The position numbers and the translations under genes are program-made. Below are positions 16,274 to 24,569 of a DNA stretch of 64,000 bases, piece by piece (within the stretch, counting starts at the first letter, position 1; the number at the start of each line of letters is the position of its first letter). The stretch covers positions 2,330 to 66,329 of the forward strand of contig JAZNCU010000031.1 of NCBI GenBank assembly GCA_045587745.1, read 5' to 3'. This stretch comes from Eubacteriales bacterium. GTDB taxonomy: Bacteria; Bacillota; Clostridia; Oscillospirales; CAG-382. The notes under the pieces are model-generated. The model had not been told where the DNA came from and ran no database searches. It saw nothing but the letters and a program-made list of their open reading frames with translations.

Positions 16274-17644
16274 TTATTCTATCGCATCAAGCACGGATTT
16301 TATCTGCTTTTCGACCGCCTCGGGAGAGGTACCGCCGAGCGAATTACGCTTTTGCATACACACGTCCATATCGACAAAATCATACACGTCGCCGTCAAAC
16401 TCGGGGCAGGCGGCTTTGTATTCCTCGAGAGTGAGCGTTTCGAGCGTTTTACCCTCAGAGATGCATTTGGCCACCAGCTCGCCCGTAATTTTGTATGCCG
16501 TGCGGAAGGGCACGCCTTTTTTTGCAAGATAATCGGCGCAATCGGTGGCGTTGATAAAGCCCTCGCTTGCGGCGGCACGCATTTTCTTTTCCTTTACGGT
16601 AACGGTTGCAAGCATAGGCGCAAACACCGTAAGGCAGGCGGTAAGAGTATCAACGGCATCAAAAACGCATTCCTTGTCCTCCTGCATATCCTTGTTATAG
16701 GCAAGCGGAAGCCCTTTGAGGGTGGTAAGAATTGCGGTAAGGTCGCCGTAAACCCTGCCCGTTTTTCCACGGACGAGCTCGGCAATATCCGAGTTCTTTT
16801 TCTGGGGCATTATCGAGCTGCCTGTTGAATAGGTATCGTCCGCCTCAATAAACCCAAACTCCCATGAGCTCCAGAGGATCAGCTCCTCCGAAAAGCGTGA
16901 GAGGTGCATCATCGTAACCGAGCAGGCGTAAACGGTATCGCAAACGAAATCCCTGTCCGAAACGCCGTCAATGCTGTTAATGCACGCCGAATCGAACCCA
17001 AGCGACTCCGCTGTCATATTGCGGTCGATAGGATAGGTGGTGCCCGCAAGCGCACACGATCCGAGCGGCGATACGTTCATACGCCTGTTGCAGTCCTCAA
17101 AACGCGAAATATCACGCAAAAGCATACAGGCATACGCCATCAGCTGCTGTGCAAACGAGATAGGTTGAGCTCTTTGGAGATGAGTGTAGCCCGGCATAAC
17201 CGTAAGCGTGTGCTTCTCTGCCAAAGCACAAATCACCTTTATCAGCCCTTTGAGCAGGGAGATAATGTTTTGGTTGGCATCACGCAAATACATTCTCAGG
17301 TCGAGTGCAACCTGATCGTTGCGTGAGCGTGCGGTATGGAGCTTTTTACCCGTATCTCCTATGCGGGCGGTAAGCTCGTTTTCGACGAAGGAATGGATAT
17401 CCTCGGCGCCGTCGATGACGAGAGTACCGTCGTTGATGTCCGCAAGCACCGAAAGCAGTCCCTCGGTAATTTGGGCACAGTCGCTGTAGCTGATAATACC
17501 GCACACCGCAAGCATTCCTGCGTGGGCAAGCGAGCCCGTAATATCCTGATAATAAAGCCTTTTGTCAAACAGAAGCGACGAATTAAAGCCGTCCGCCTCG
17601 GGTGCAAGTCCCTTTGAGAACCTGCCTTTCCACAGCTTGTCCAT
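16274..17644 (-). CDS. argH: argininosuccinate lyase
   Basis: KLWKGRF...D..L...DI.GS.AHA.ML, GYTHLQRAQP and the fumarate-lyase signature GSSIMPQKKN. Confidence 0.95.
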   Translation of the reverse strand: MDKLWKGRFSKGLAPEADGFNSSLLFDKRLYYQDITGSLAHAGMLAVCGIISYSDCAQITEGLLSVLADINDGTLVIDGAEDIHSFVENELTARIGDTGKKLHTARSRNDQVALDLRMYLRDANQNIISLLKGLIKVICALAEKHTLTVMPGYTHLQRAQPISFAQQLMAYACMLLRDISRFEDCNRRMNVSPLGSCALAGTTYPIDRNMTAESLGFDSACINSIDGVSDRDFVCDTVYACSVTMMHLSRFSEELILWSSWEFGFIEADDTYSTGSSIMPQKKNSDIAELVRGKTGRVYGDLTAILTTLKGLPLAYNKDMQEDKECVFDAVDTLTACLTVFAPMLATVTVKEKKMRAAASEGFINATDCADYLAKKGVPFRTAYKITGELVAKCISEGKTLETLTLEEYKAACPEFDGDVYDFVDMDVCMQKRNSLGGTSPEAVEKQIKSVLDAIE

Positions 17645-17656
17645 ATATCTTTCCGA

Positions 17657-18883
17657 TTACTTGTTTTTGTTTTTGGATTTTGCCTGCACCTTGATGGGCA
17701 GACCGAACAGGTTGATAAATCCTGCCGAATCGGCCTGATCGTATACCTCATCCTCGTCAAAGGTTGCTATCTCCTCGTCATAGAGCGAGTACGGCGAGGT
17801 AACGCCTGCGCCTATCATATTACCCTTGTAGAGCTTGAGCTTTACGTCGCCCGTGACGGTCTCCTGCGTTTTGTCAACGAAAGCCGAAAGAGCCTCACGC
17901 AGAGGGGTAAACCACTGACCGAAGTATACCAGCTCGGCAAAGCGTGCTGCTACGAGCTCCTTGTAGTGCATTGTGTCACGGTCGAGAGTTATGGTCTCGA
18001 GCATCTGATGCGCTTTGTAAAGTATGGTTCCGCCGGGAGTCTCGTATACTCCGCGGGATTTCATACCGACAAGGCGGTTCTCAACAAGGTCGGCAAGACC
18101 GATTCCGTTCTCGCCGCCGAGTTTGTTAAGAGCGGTAACTATCTCGACGGGGCCCATCTTCTTTCCGTCAACGGCAACCGGAACACCCTTTTCAAAGCTG
18201 ATGGTCACGTAGGTTGGAACGTCGGGTGCCTGCTCGGGAGCAACACCCATCTCAAGGAAGCCCTCCTTCAAATAGGCAGGCTCGTTTGCGGGATCCTCAA
18301 GATCAAGTCCCTCGTGCGAGAGGTGCCAGAGGTTTTTATCCTTGGAATAATTGGTCTCACGGTTGATTTTGAGGGGGATATTATGCGCCTCGGCATAATC
18401 GATCTCCTCCTCACGGGATTTGATATCCCACTCACGCCAGGGGGCGATGATTGCCATATCGGGCGCAAACGCCTTGATGGTAAGCTCAAACCTCACCTGA
18501 TCGTTTCCCTTGCCCGTACAGCCGTGGCAGATTGCATCAGCGCCCTCGGCAAGAGCGATCTCAACGATCCTTTTTGCAATAACGGGGCGTGCAAACGAAG
18601 TGCCGAGCAGATAATCGCCCTCATACTTTGCGCCTGCCTTGAGTGTGGGGAACACGTAGTCCGCAACAAACTCCTCCTTGAGGTCCTCTATGTAGAGCTT
18701 GGATGCTCCCGTTGCGAGAGCCTTCTCCTCGAGTCCGTCCAGCTCGGTGCCCTGCCCTACGTCGCCGCTTACCGCAATAACCTCACAGTTATTGTAGTTC
18801 TCCTTGAGCCAGGGAATAATAATCGAGGTATCGAGTCCGCCCGAATAAGCGAGCACTACTTTTTTTATGTCTTTTTTTGCCAT
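17657..18883 (-). CDS. argG: argininosuccinate synthase
   Basis: [14 protein letters not shown] (ATP pyrophosphatase P-loop), [14 protein letters not shown] and [18 protein letters not shown]. The start at 18883 (MAKKDIKK) follows GGAGG, and I reject the longer ORF-track start. Confidence 0.95.
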   Translation of the reverse strand: MAKKDIKKVVLAYSGGLDTSIIIPWLKENYNNCEVIAVSGDVGQGTELDGLEEKALATGASKLYIEDLKEEFVADYVFPTLKAGAKYEGDYLLGTSFARPVIAKRIVEIALAEGADAICHGCTGKGNDQVRFELTIKAFAPDMAIIAPWREWDIKSREEEIDYAEAHNIPLKINRETNYSKDKNLWHLSHEGLDLEDPANEPAYLKEGFLEMGVAPEQAPDVPTYVTISFEKGVPVAVDGKKMGPVEIVTALNKLGGENGIGLADLVENRLVGMKSRGVYETPGGTILYKAHQMLETITLDRDTMHYKELVAARFAELVYFGQWFTPLREALSAFVDKTQETVTGDVKLKLYKGNMIGAGVTSPYSLYDEEIATFDEDEVYDQADSAGFINLFGLPIKVQAKSKNKNK

Positions 18884-18926
18884 AACAGCCTCCAAAAAAT
18901 CACGGTAGTTTTTATGCACGGTTATA

Positions 18927-18954
18927 ATTATACACCGAATTTGCATAATGTCAA
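18927..18954 (-). promoter_or_regulatory. argG-argH promoter
   Basis: On the minus strand: TTGACA (18954-18949), a 16-bp spacer, then TATAAT (18932-18927). Confidence 0.5.
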
Positions 18955-19056
18955 GCACAAAACGGCAGTTTTTGTATATTTATTCTGCGTATAAAGGATT
19001 TTTCTTGCCATTTTTGCATAAAACACGAGATATACACCCGAATATACAGACGGCAG

Positions 19057-19080
19057 AAAGAAAAAAGGAAGAAGACCAAC
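19057..19080 (-). terminator. intrinsic terminator after the flavoprotein gene
   Basis: Perfect 10-bp stem GGAAGAAGAC / GTCTTCTTCC with a 4-nt loop. It is followed on the minus strand by TTTTTTCTTTC. Confidence 0.75.
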
Positions 19081-19107
19081 GTCTTCTTCCTAAGATTGCG
19101 GGGGTTA

Positions 19108-20670
19108 TTACTTCTTTTCGTGATAGGACTGCTCGGTGTTTACCTCCCAGATAGCCGTACGGTCGCCCGAGCCGTTTTTGATAGCCTCGACCGCCTTGAA
19201 TGCGGTAACCATCGAGTGGTCCATATTGTTGTACCTGTGCTGTCCGTTACGTCCAATGCAGTAGAGGTTGTCCACGGTGTCGAGGAAATCGCGCACACAG
19301 TTAAACTCGTTGTAAGCACCAAAATAGGAGGGATACGCTTTTTTTACCTTGACACGCACGGTATCGAGCACGTCCGACTCATCGATAATACCGATGTGTG
19401 CAAGCTCCTTTACGGCAAATGCGCTGAAATCGGCATCAGACATCTCCCAAAGCTCGTCACCCTCATTGCAAAAATACTCAAGTCCTATCCACACGGTGTT
19501 CTCTACATCGTTTACCATATAGGGTGACCAGTTGTTAAAGATCTGGAGCCTGCCCATCCTGACATCACGCTCCTGAATATATATCCAGCAGTCGGGAACG
19601 ATATCGGATAGAGTCTTTTTGTCGGTATGATTTTTGATTTTGAGGCGGTTTACGAGCACACCTACGGTGTTGAAATCACGATACGGCAGGTTGGTTGCAA
19701 CCTCATATACCTTCTCGGGGACGTTGTCCCTGCCCATATCGGCAACGAGGTCCTTGATGGGCATAGAGGAAATATAGCTATCGCCCGTAAACTCAACCTT
19801 TTTGCCGTCCTGCTCGGCAACGACCGATGCAATTCTGCCGCCGGCCATATTGAATCCGCAAACACGGGTGTTCATAATTATCTCGCCGCCGAGACGCTTA
19901 ACCTCATCGGCAAGAGTTTCCCAAAGCTGACCGGGGCCTTTTTTGGGGTAGATAAACTGTTCGATAAGCGAGGTCTCAACGTTCTTTTGCTCAATGCTCT
20001 TTTTGGAAGTAAAGGGCTTTTTGATCATCGAGAGGATCGCCTTGCGGAGCGAGAGGCCTTTTACTCTTTGTGCACCCCAATCGGCAGATATCTCCTTGGG
20101 ACTGACTCCCCACACCTTGGTGGTGTAGTCCTCAAAAAACATCTCGTACAGCGGCTTTCCGAAACGGTTGATATAAAAGTTCTCGAGCGAGTCCTCTTCT
20201 TTTTTGAATACCATTGCCCACAGGTAGCCAAAGCCTGCCTTCATCGTATTGACAAAGCCCATGTTTTTAAGCGTTGCGCCCGAAAGAGAGATGGGATAGT
20301 CAAAAAAGTTTTTTAAGAAATATATCCTCGAAACACGGTCACGCACGAGCATAACTCTGTCGGTCTGCTCGGGGTCGGGACCGCCGTCTACCAGAGGCTT
20401 TTCCCTACCGAGAACAAGATCGTCCCTGGCAGGAGCACCCTGAATGGGCATAAGCTCTCTCCAGAAGTCCATAACCGACTCGTCCTTTGAAAAGAACCTG
20501 TGGCCGCCGATATCCATACGGTTGCCGTTATGCACGACGGTGCGTGAAATACCGCCGATATAATCACTTTCCTCAAGAATTATCGGCTTATAGTCGGTCT
20601 CGGTGAGCAGCTTATACGCCGCAGTAAGTCCTGCAGGACCTGCACCAATGATAATAATATTTTTGTCCAT
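19108..20670 (-). CDS. NAD(P)/FAD-dependent oxidoreductase (amine-oxidase / UDP-galactopyranose-mutase-like fold)
   Basis: Dinucleotide-binding N-terminus [20 protein letters not shown]...GG.SRT....[12 protein letters not shown]. The start at 20670 lies one nt after the gtrA stop. Confidence 0.75.
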   Translation of the reverse strand: MDKNIIIIGAGPAGLTAAYKLLTETDYKPIILEESDYIGGISRTVVHNGNRMDIGGHRFFSKDESVMDFWRELMPIQGAPARDDLVLGREKPLVDGGPDPEQTDRVMLVRDRVSRIYFLKNFFDYPISLSGATLKNMGFVNTMKAGFGYLWAMVFKKEEDSLENFYINRFGKPLYEMFFEDYTTKVWGVSPKEISADWGAQRVKGLSLRKAILSMIKKPFTSKKSIEQKNVETSLIEQFIYPKKGPGQLWETLADEVKRLGGEIIMNTRVCGFNMAGGRIASVVAEQDGKKVEFTGDSYISSMPIKDLVADMGRDNVPEKVYEVATNLPYRDFNTVGVLVNRLKIKNHTDKKTLSDIVPDCWIYIQERDVRMGRLQIFNNWSPYMVNDVENTVWIGLEYFCNEGDELWEMSDADFSAFAVKELAHIGIIDESDVLDTVRVKVKKAYPSYFGAYNEFNCVRDFLDTVDNLYCIGRNGQHRYNNMDHSMVTAFKAVEAIKNGSGDRTAIWEVNTEQSYHEKK

Positions 20671-20671
20671 A

Positions 20672-21154
20672 TTATTCTCCCTTGTAAACAAACGCCTTGC
20701 GTCCGAGGTAATTCCAAATAAGTCCTACGCCTGCCGCAACGACACTTACTATCATAAACGGTACCATCTTTTCGTTGGTGATGTCAAACATGTTGCAGCC
20801 GATCTGCGTAACGGCATAGTTGATAATAAGTCCCACAACCGAAACCCAGAGGAAGGTGAAAAACGGCTTTAGTCCTCTGCCCAGCTTTTTTTGCTTCTCG
20901 GTAGTGAAAACGTAAAGAATTGAGATAATATAATTAACGATCAGTCCCAGAATAAAGCCTGCGGTGGTGGAAACGATTACGCTGAGGTCAAGCTCGAACC
21001 CAAAAAATATCGCTCCGCCGATAGCAGGAAACAGATAATATATAAGTGTTTTAAGACCGAAATCGCAAACAAACGAGATTCCGCCCGCAACCGAATACCG
21101 CAGAAGCTCCTTTACGGTGCGGACGAGCCTGCCCTGTTCTTTATTGTTATCCAT
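20672..21154 (-). CDS. GtrA-family membrane protein
   Basis: 160 aa with 4 TM segments. The N-terminal [18 protein letters not shown] and the C-terminal [11 protein letters not shown] are typical GtrA-like patterns. Confidence 0.8.
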   Translation of the reverse strand: MDNNKEQGRLVRTVKELLRYSVAGGISFVCDFGLKTLIYYLFPAIGGAIFFGFELDLSVIVSTTAGFILGLIVNYIISILYVFTTEKQKKLGRGLKPFFTFLWVSVVGLIINYAVTQIGCNMFDITNEKMVPFMIVSVVAAGVGLIWNYLGRKAFVYKGE

Positions 21155-21184
21155 AAATAATTCCTTCTCCCATAATACACAGTC

Positions 21185-21213
21185 ATTATACTACCCTTTT
21201 AGAGTTTTGTCAA
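21185..21213 (-). promoter_or_regulatory. gtrA operon promoter
   Basis: On the minus strand: TTGACA (21213-21208), a 17-bp spacer, then TATAAT (21190-21185). A GGGAGAAGG RBS and the ATG at 21154 follow. Confidence 0.55.
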
Positions 21214-21216
21214 CGA

Positions 21217-21245
21217 TTGACAGACAGGTTGTTTTGATGTATCAT
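21217..21245 (+). promoter_or_regulatory. promoter of the DHFR-like/nuclease operon
   Basis: TTGACA (21217-21222), a 17-bp spacer, then TATCAT (21240-21245). The two -35 boxes form the palindrome TGTCAAcgaTTGACA (21208-21222). Confidence 0.5.
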
Positions 21246-21274
21246 AAGGTATGCCGATCAACGGAGGGAAGAAT

Positions 21275-21694
21275 ATGAGGCTTATCGTTTGCTTAGATGA
21301 TATTAACGGGATGATGTTCTTCGGCAGAAGACAGAGCTGTGACCGTGTTCTCGTTGCAAAGCTGCTCTCCGTCACCGAGGGGCACAGGCTTTTTATGACC
21401 GAATACAGCAAAAAAATATTCCCCGATTGCGAGCGCATCACCGTTTGCGACGATTATCTCGAGGCGGCGGGCGAGGAGGACTTTTGCTTTATCGAAAACG
21501 GGCCTATCGACATTGAAAGGGCAAGCGAGGTTATCATTTGCCGTTGGAACAGGCGTTATCAGGCTGACAGGTTTTTTGAGTACGACATAGCGGCAGAAGG
21601 TTTTTTCAAATCGAGCACCGAGGACATAGCCGGCTCCTCGCACGAAAGAATTACCGTTGAGACCTACAAACGGCAGGAGGCTGACACACATTGA
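21275..21694 (+). CDS. small DHFR-fold-like protein (probably non-catalytic), function unknown
   Basis: 139 aa. The N-terminal strand MRLIVCLDDINGMMF and the C-terminal IICRWNRRYQADRFFEYD...SHERITVETYKR parallel the first and last beta-strands of dihydrofolate reductases. I do not see the Gly-rich NADPH motifs. The ATG at 21275 follows GGAGGGAAG. Confidence 0.45.
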   Translation: MRLIVCLDDINGMMFFGRRQSCDRVLVAKLLSVTEGHRLFMTEYSKKIFPDCERITVCDDYLEAAGEEDFCFIENGPIDIERASEVIICRWNRRYQADRFFEYDIAAEGFFKSSTEDIAGSSHERITVETYKRQEADTH

Positions 21695-22827
21695 AAAAAC
21701 ACAAAAATATAAATATATTTAGATCCTCTCTTTCGGCAGTCACTGCGCTTTTGCTCGTACTGTCGCTCACGGGCTGTATTGCGCTTACAGACGAAAGCGG
21801 CATCCCCGATATAAAGCACGAGACCTCTCAGTCGGTAAGCATCACGAGCATACCCGACGGCGGCACCTCCACCGAGAACGAGGTATCGCAGTCCGAATCA
21901 TCCGACACAGATAGCGATGCCGAGGAATCTGAGGAACCGCAGGATAAATCCGATGCCGAGGAATCACAACCCGATGACAGCGAGGATATCAGCGAGATCG
22001 GCTCGGATGATGGGCAGGATGACGCACAGCCCTCGGGCGGTGTGGGCGAGGCATACGACATACTCTCAAATCTGCCTGTTTACGATGGCTCGACGTTTGA
22101 GGTTATAAACGGAAACATACCGTATTTTACCGAGTCGGAGCTTGACGTCAAGGGCTACGAGCTGTATTCACCGCTTGACAGCCTTGGAAGATGCGGCGCA
22201 GCGCTGGCATCTGTCGGAACGGACACAATGCCTGCCGAGGACGAAAAGCGAGGAAGCATCAGCAGTATAAAGCCCTCGGGCTGGGTACAGGCACGCTACG
22301 ATTTTGTTGACGGCGAGGCTCTGTACAACCGCAGTCACCTTATCGGCTGGCAGCTATCGGCAGAAAACGCAAACAAGCTCAACCTCGTTACGGGCACACG
22401 GTATATGAACGCCGAGGGAATGCTCCCGTTTGAAAATATGGTTGCCGACTATATCAAGGAGACGGGAAACCACGTTGCCTACAGGGTAACCCCGATTTTT
22501 GTGGGAAGCGAGCTCGTTTGCAGAGGCGTACAGATGGAGGCTTATTCGGTCGAGGACAGCGGCGAGGGAATTTGCTTTAACGTGTACTGCTTCAACGTTC
22601 AGCCGTGCGTGACGATCGACTACGCCACGGGAGCGAGCTATGCCGATGGAGGCTCGGACAGCGGCGAGACGGCAAACTACGTGCTCAACACCAACACAAA
22701 AAAAATACATCTCCCCGATTGCAAAAGCGTAAAGGACATCAAGGATTCCAACCGACGGGACTTCAAGGGAAGCATTGAGGATCTGCTTGGCGAGGGCTAC
22801 ACACGGTGCGGCAACTGTCTGGGCTGA
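21691..22827 (+). CDS. secreted lipoprotein DNA/RNA non-specific endonuclease with an acidic linker and a C-terminal Cys motif
   Basis: Signal peptide plus lipobox (LLVLSLTGC) and an acidic low-complexity linker. The nuclease core is YNRSHLIGWQLSAENANKLNLVTGTRYMN...E (Endonuclease_NS_2-like H-N-N pattern). The C-terminus is KKIHLPDCKSV...GYTRCGNC. The TTG start overlaps the upstream TGA (TTGA). Confidence 0.8.
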   Translation: MKKHKNINIFRSSLSAVTALLLVLSLTGCIALTDESGIPDIKHETSQSVSITSIPDGGTSTENEVSQSESSDTDSDAEESEEPQDKSDAEESQPDDSEDISEIGSDDGQDDAQPSGGVGEAYDILSNLPVYDGSTFEVINGNIPYFTESELDVKGYELYSPLDSLGRCGAALASVGTDTMPAEDEKRGSISSIKPSGWVQARYDFVDGEALYNRSHLIGWQLSAENANKLNLVTGTRYMNAEGMLPFENMVADYIKETGNHVAYRVTPIFVGSELVCRGVQMEAYSVEDSGEGICFNVYCFNVQPCVTIDYATGASYADGGSDSGETANYVLNTNTKKIHLPDCKSVKDIKDSNRRDFKGSIEDLLGEGYTRCGNCLG

Positions 22828-22884
22828 TGACTCTATAACGTATAATACCCCGTATCCCCCTTTTTGGTTGCAAAAAGAAAAAGC

Positions 22885-22925
22885 AAGAGCAGAACTTGGG
22901 CTGTATAGCCCTCGGTCCTGCTCTT
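22885..22925. terminator. bidirectional intrinsic terminator
   Basis: Stem AAGAGCAGAAC / GTCCTGCTCTT (one mismatch) encloses a small inner hairpin. A-runs lie upstream and TTTTTTTG downstream, between convergent genes. Confidence 0.6.
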
Positions 22926-22954
22926 TTTTTGTTTTATGGAGACGCTTGACTAAT

Positions 22955-24550
22955 TCAGAACAACGCCATTATTGCGCTGATAGCTTCCTCTATCAAATTC
23001 TTTATTTCGGACTCGTCAAGCCGAAGTATATCGTCGTAATCGGGATCAGATATATCCCTCGGCTCCGAAAGCACCAGCCTCATCTCCTCGGGAAGGCTTT
23101 GCTCTTCGGAAACGCCGTCACGTGTGAGCGTGATGCTGTCAGTCGACAATTCAAGCCGTTTTTTTGTATCGATCAGCCCGAGCAAGCACTCATATTCCGA
23201 GCTTGAATCCTCCTGCACCCTGCCGTTGTGCTCAAAATAATTTTCCGTACCGAAGGCAAGCTTGAGCGTTCCGTCACCGAAAACGCCGTTTGCGTATGTT
23301 TTTTTACTGTTGATAACGGCGGGCTCCTCCCGAACGCCGTCATATATTCGGCTGTCGGTCTCGAGGTACGCACCGAAATCGGAGTGCTTTTTACAACGCC
23401 ACAGCAGAGAAGAGTAGGTCTCGACATATCCGCCGCTTTTGTAATGCTCCGACAAGCGAAGCGCAGCGGTTATATCGGTGTCCCTCGATGGATTTTTGCC
23501 GAAATCCACCGAAAGCGAAAGCTCGCTGTCGCTATCGGATATTTTTACATCAAGGAGGCTGAGCGCCCGTCCTACGTAGGTAAAGGCGATATTATACTGC
23601 CTGTCCTCCGACTCAAGCTCTGAAGCCGTTGCCTCCAGCTCCTCTGCCGCAAGGCCAAAATCGACAGTAGGGAGTGCCGCCTCAAGTGCGGTTTTTGCCT
23701 CGGCAACTTTGCCGTCGGCATTTGCTATCGCATCCGACAGACGTCGCATAAGGTCAGCAGCCTCCGCCGAATCGAAGGAATAGATTTTCGTCCTTCCAAA
23801 TCGCTTTGACTCAACCGACCCGAAGCGGTATACCGTTTCGTACTCCGAAACAGCCGACTCACCAAAAACACCGTGCAGCTCGAGACACAAAACGGAGATA
23901 TGTCTTTTGAGCTCGTCCGAGTTATCCTCCCCTATCGAGCCTAAAAGCTCCTTGAGCCTGTCAAAGTTTTCCTCCGACAGCGCAAAATCGCTGCCGCTGT
24001 CGGGCGCAAAAACCGAGCTGTCGAGTGCGTTGTCTGCATTCTCAAGGCCGATTCCTATATAACCGTCGCCGTTTACACCGCCGAGCTTGAGTGCGGCGTG
24101 CTCCTCCGAAAGGAATGCGCCTGCGGTCAGATTTTCGGATGTGAGGTCAAACGCAAGCAGGAGGTCATCGCAATCATAATCAAGCGTGGCACTCAGACTG
24201 CTTCCAAAAACCCTGCTGTCCGCAAGTCCGTCGGCATAAAGCTCTATACGTCCGCCATCCGCCATATTCTCAAGGTCATATACGAGTCCGAGCTCGAATT
24301 TTGGCTCAAGAGCCCTCATAAGTCCCTCGTATACCGAGGGGAAAAGCACAAAATTATACAGGAACGCAATTATTCCCGTACCCAGGATAACCGCAATCAA
24401 AAGCCACGCAACAATCCTTTTCGGTACGCTTACGGAGGCTTTGCTCGCTACATCGGGCAAATAATCAACGGGAGGCTCGTTCCGAGCCTCCGCAGAATTG
24501 ATTTTTTGTTTGCTGTCGCCCTGACCGTTAAAATCAAGATGTTCGTTCAC
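22955..24550 (-). CDS. hypothetical single-pass membrane protein with a large extracytoplasmic domain
   Basis: 531 aa with a GTG start behind AGGAGA. It has one TM segment (IVAWLLIAVILGTGIIAFLYNFVLF) after a cytoplasmic N-tail of about 45 aa. I recognise no motif. Confidence 0.5.
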   Translation of the reverse strand: MNEHLDFNGQGDSKQKINSAEARNEPPVDYLPDVASKASVSVPKRIVAWLLIAVILGTGIIAFLYNFVLFPSVYEGLMRALEPKFELGLVYDLENMADGGRIELYADGLADSRVFGSSLSATLDYDCDDLLLAFDLTSENLTAGAFLSEEHAALKLGGVNGDGYIGIGLENADNALDSSVFAPDSGSDFALSEENFDRLKELLGSIGEDNSDELKRHISVLCLELHGVFGESAVSEYETVYRFGSVESKRFGRTKIYSFDSAEAADLMRRLSDAIANADGKVAEAKTALEAALPTVDFGLAAEELEATASELESEDRQYNIAFTYVGRALSLLDVKISDSDSELSLSVDFGKNPSRDTDITAALRLSEHYKSGGYVETYSSLLWRCKKHSDFGAYLETDSRIYDGVREEPAVINSKKTYANGVFGDGTLKLAFGTENYFEHNGRVQEDSSSEYECLLGLIDTKKRLELSTDSITLTRDGVSEEQSLPEEMRLVLSEPRDISDPDYDDILRLDESEIKNLIEEAISAIMALF

Positions 24551-24569
24551 TAAGGCTTTCTCCTAAACG

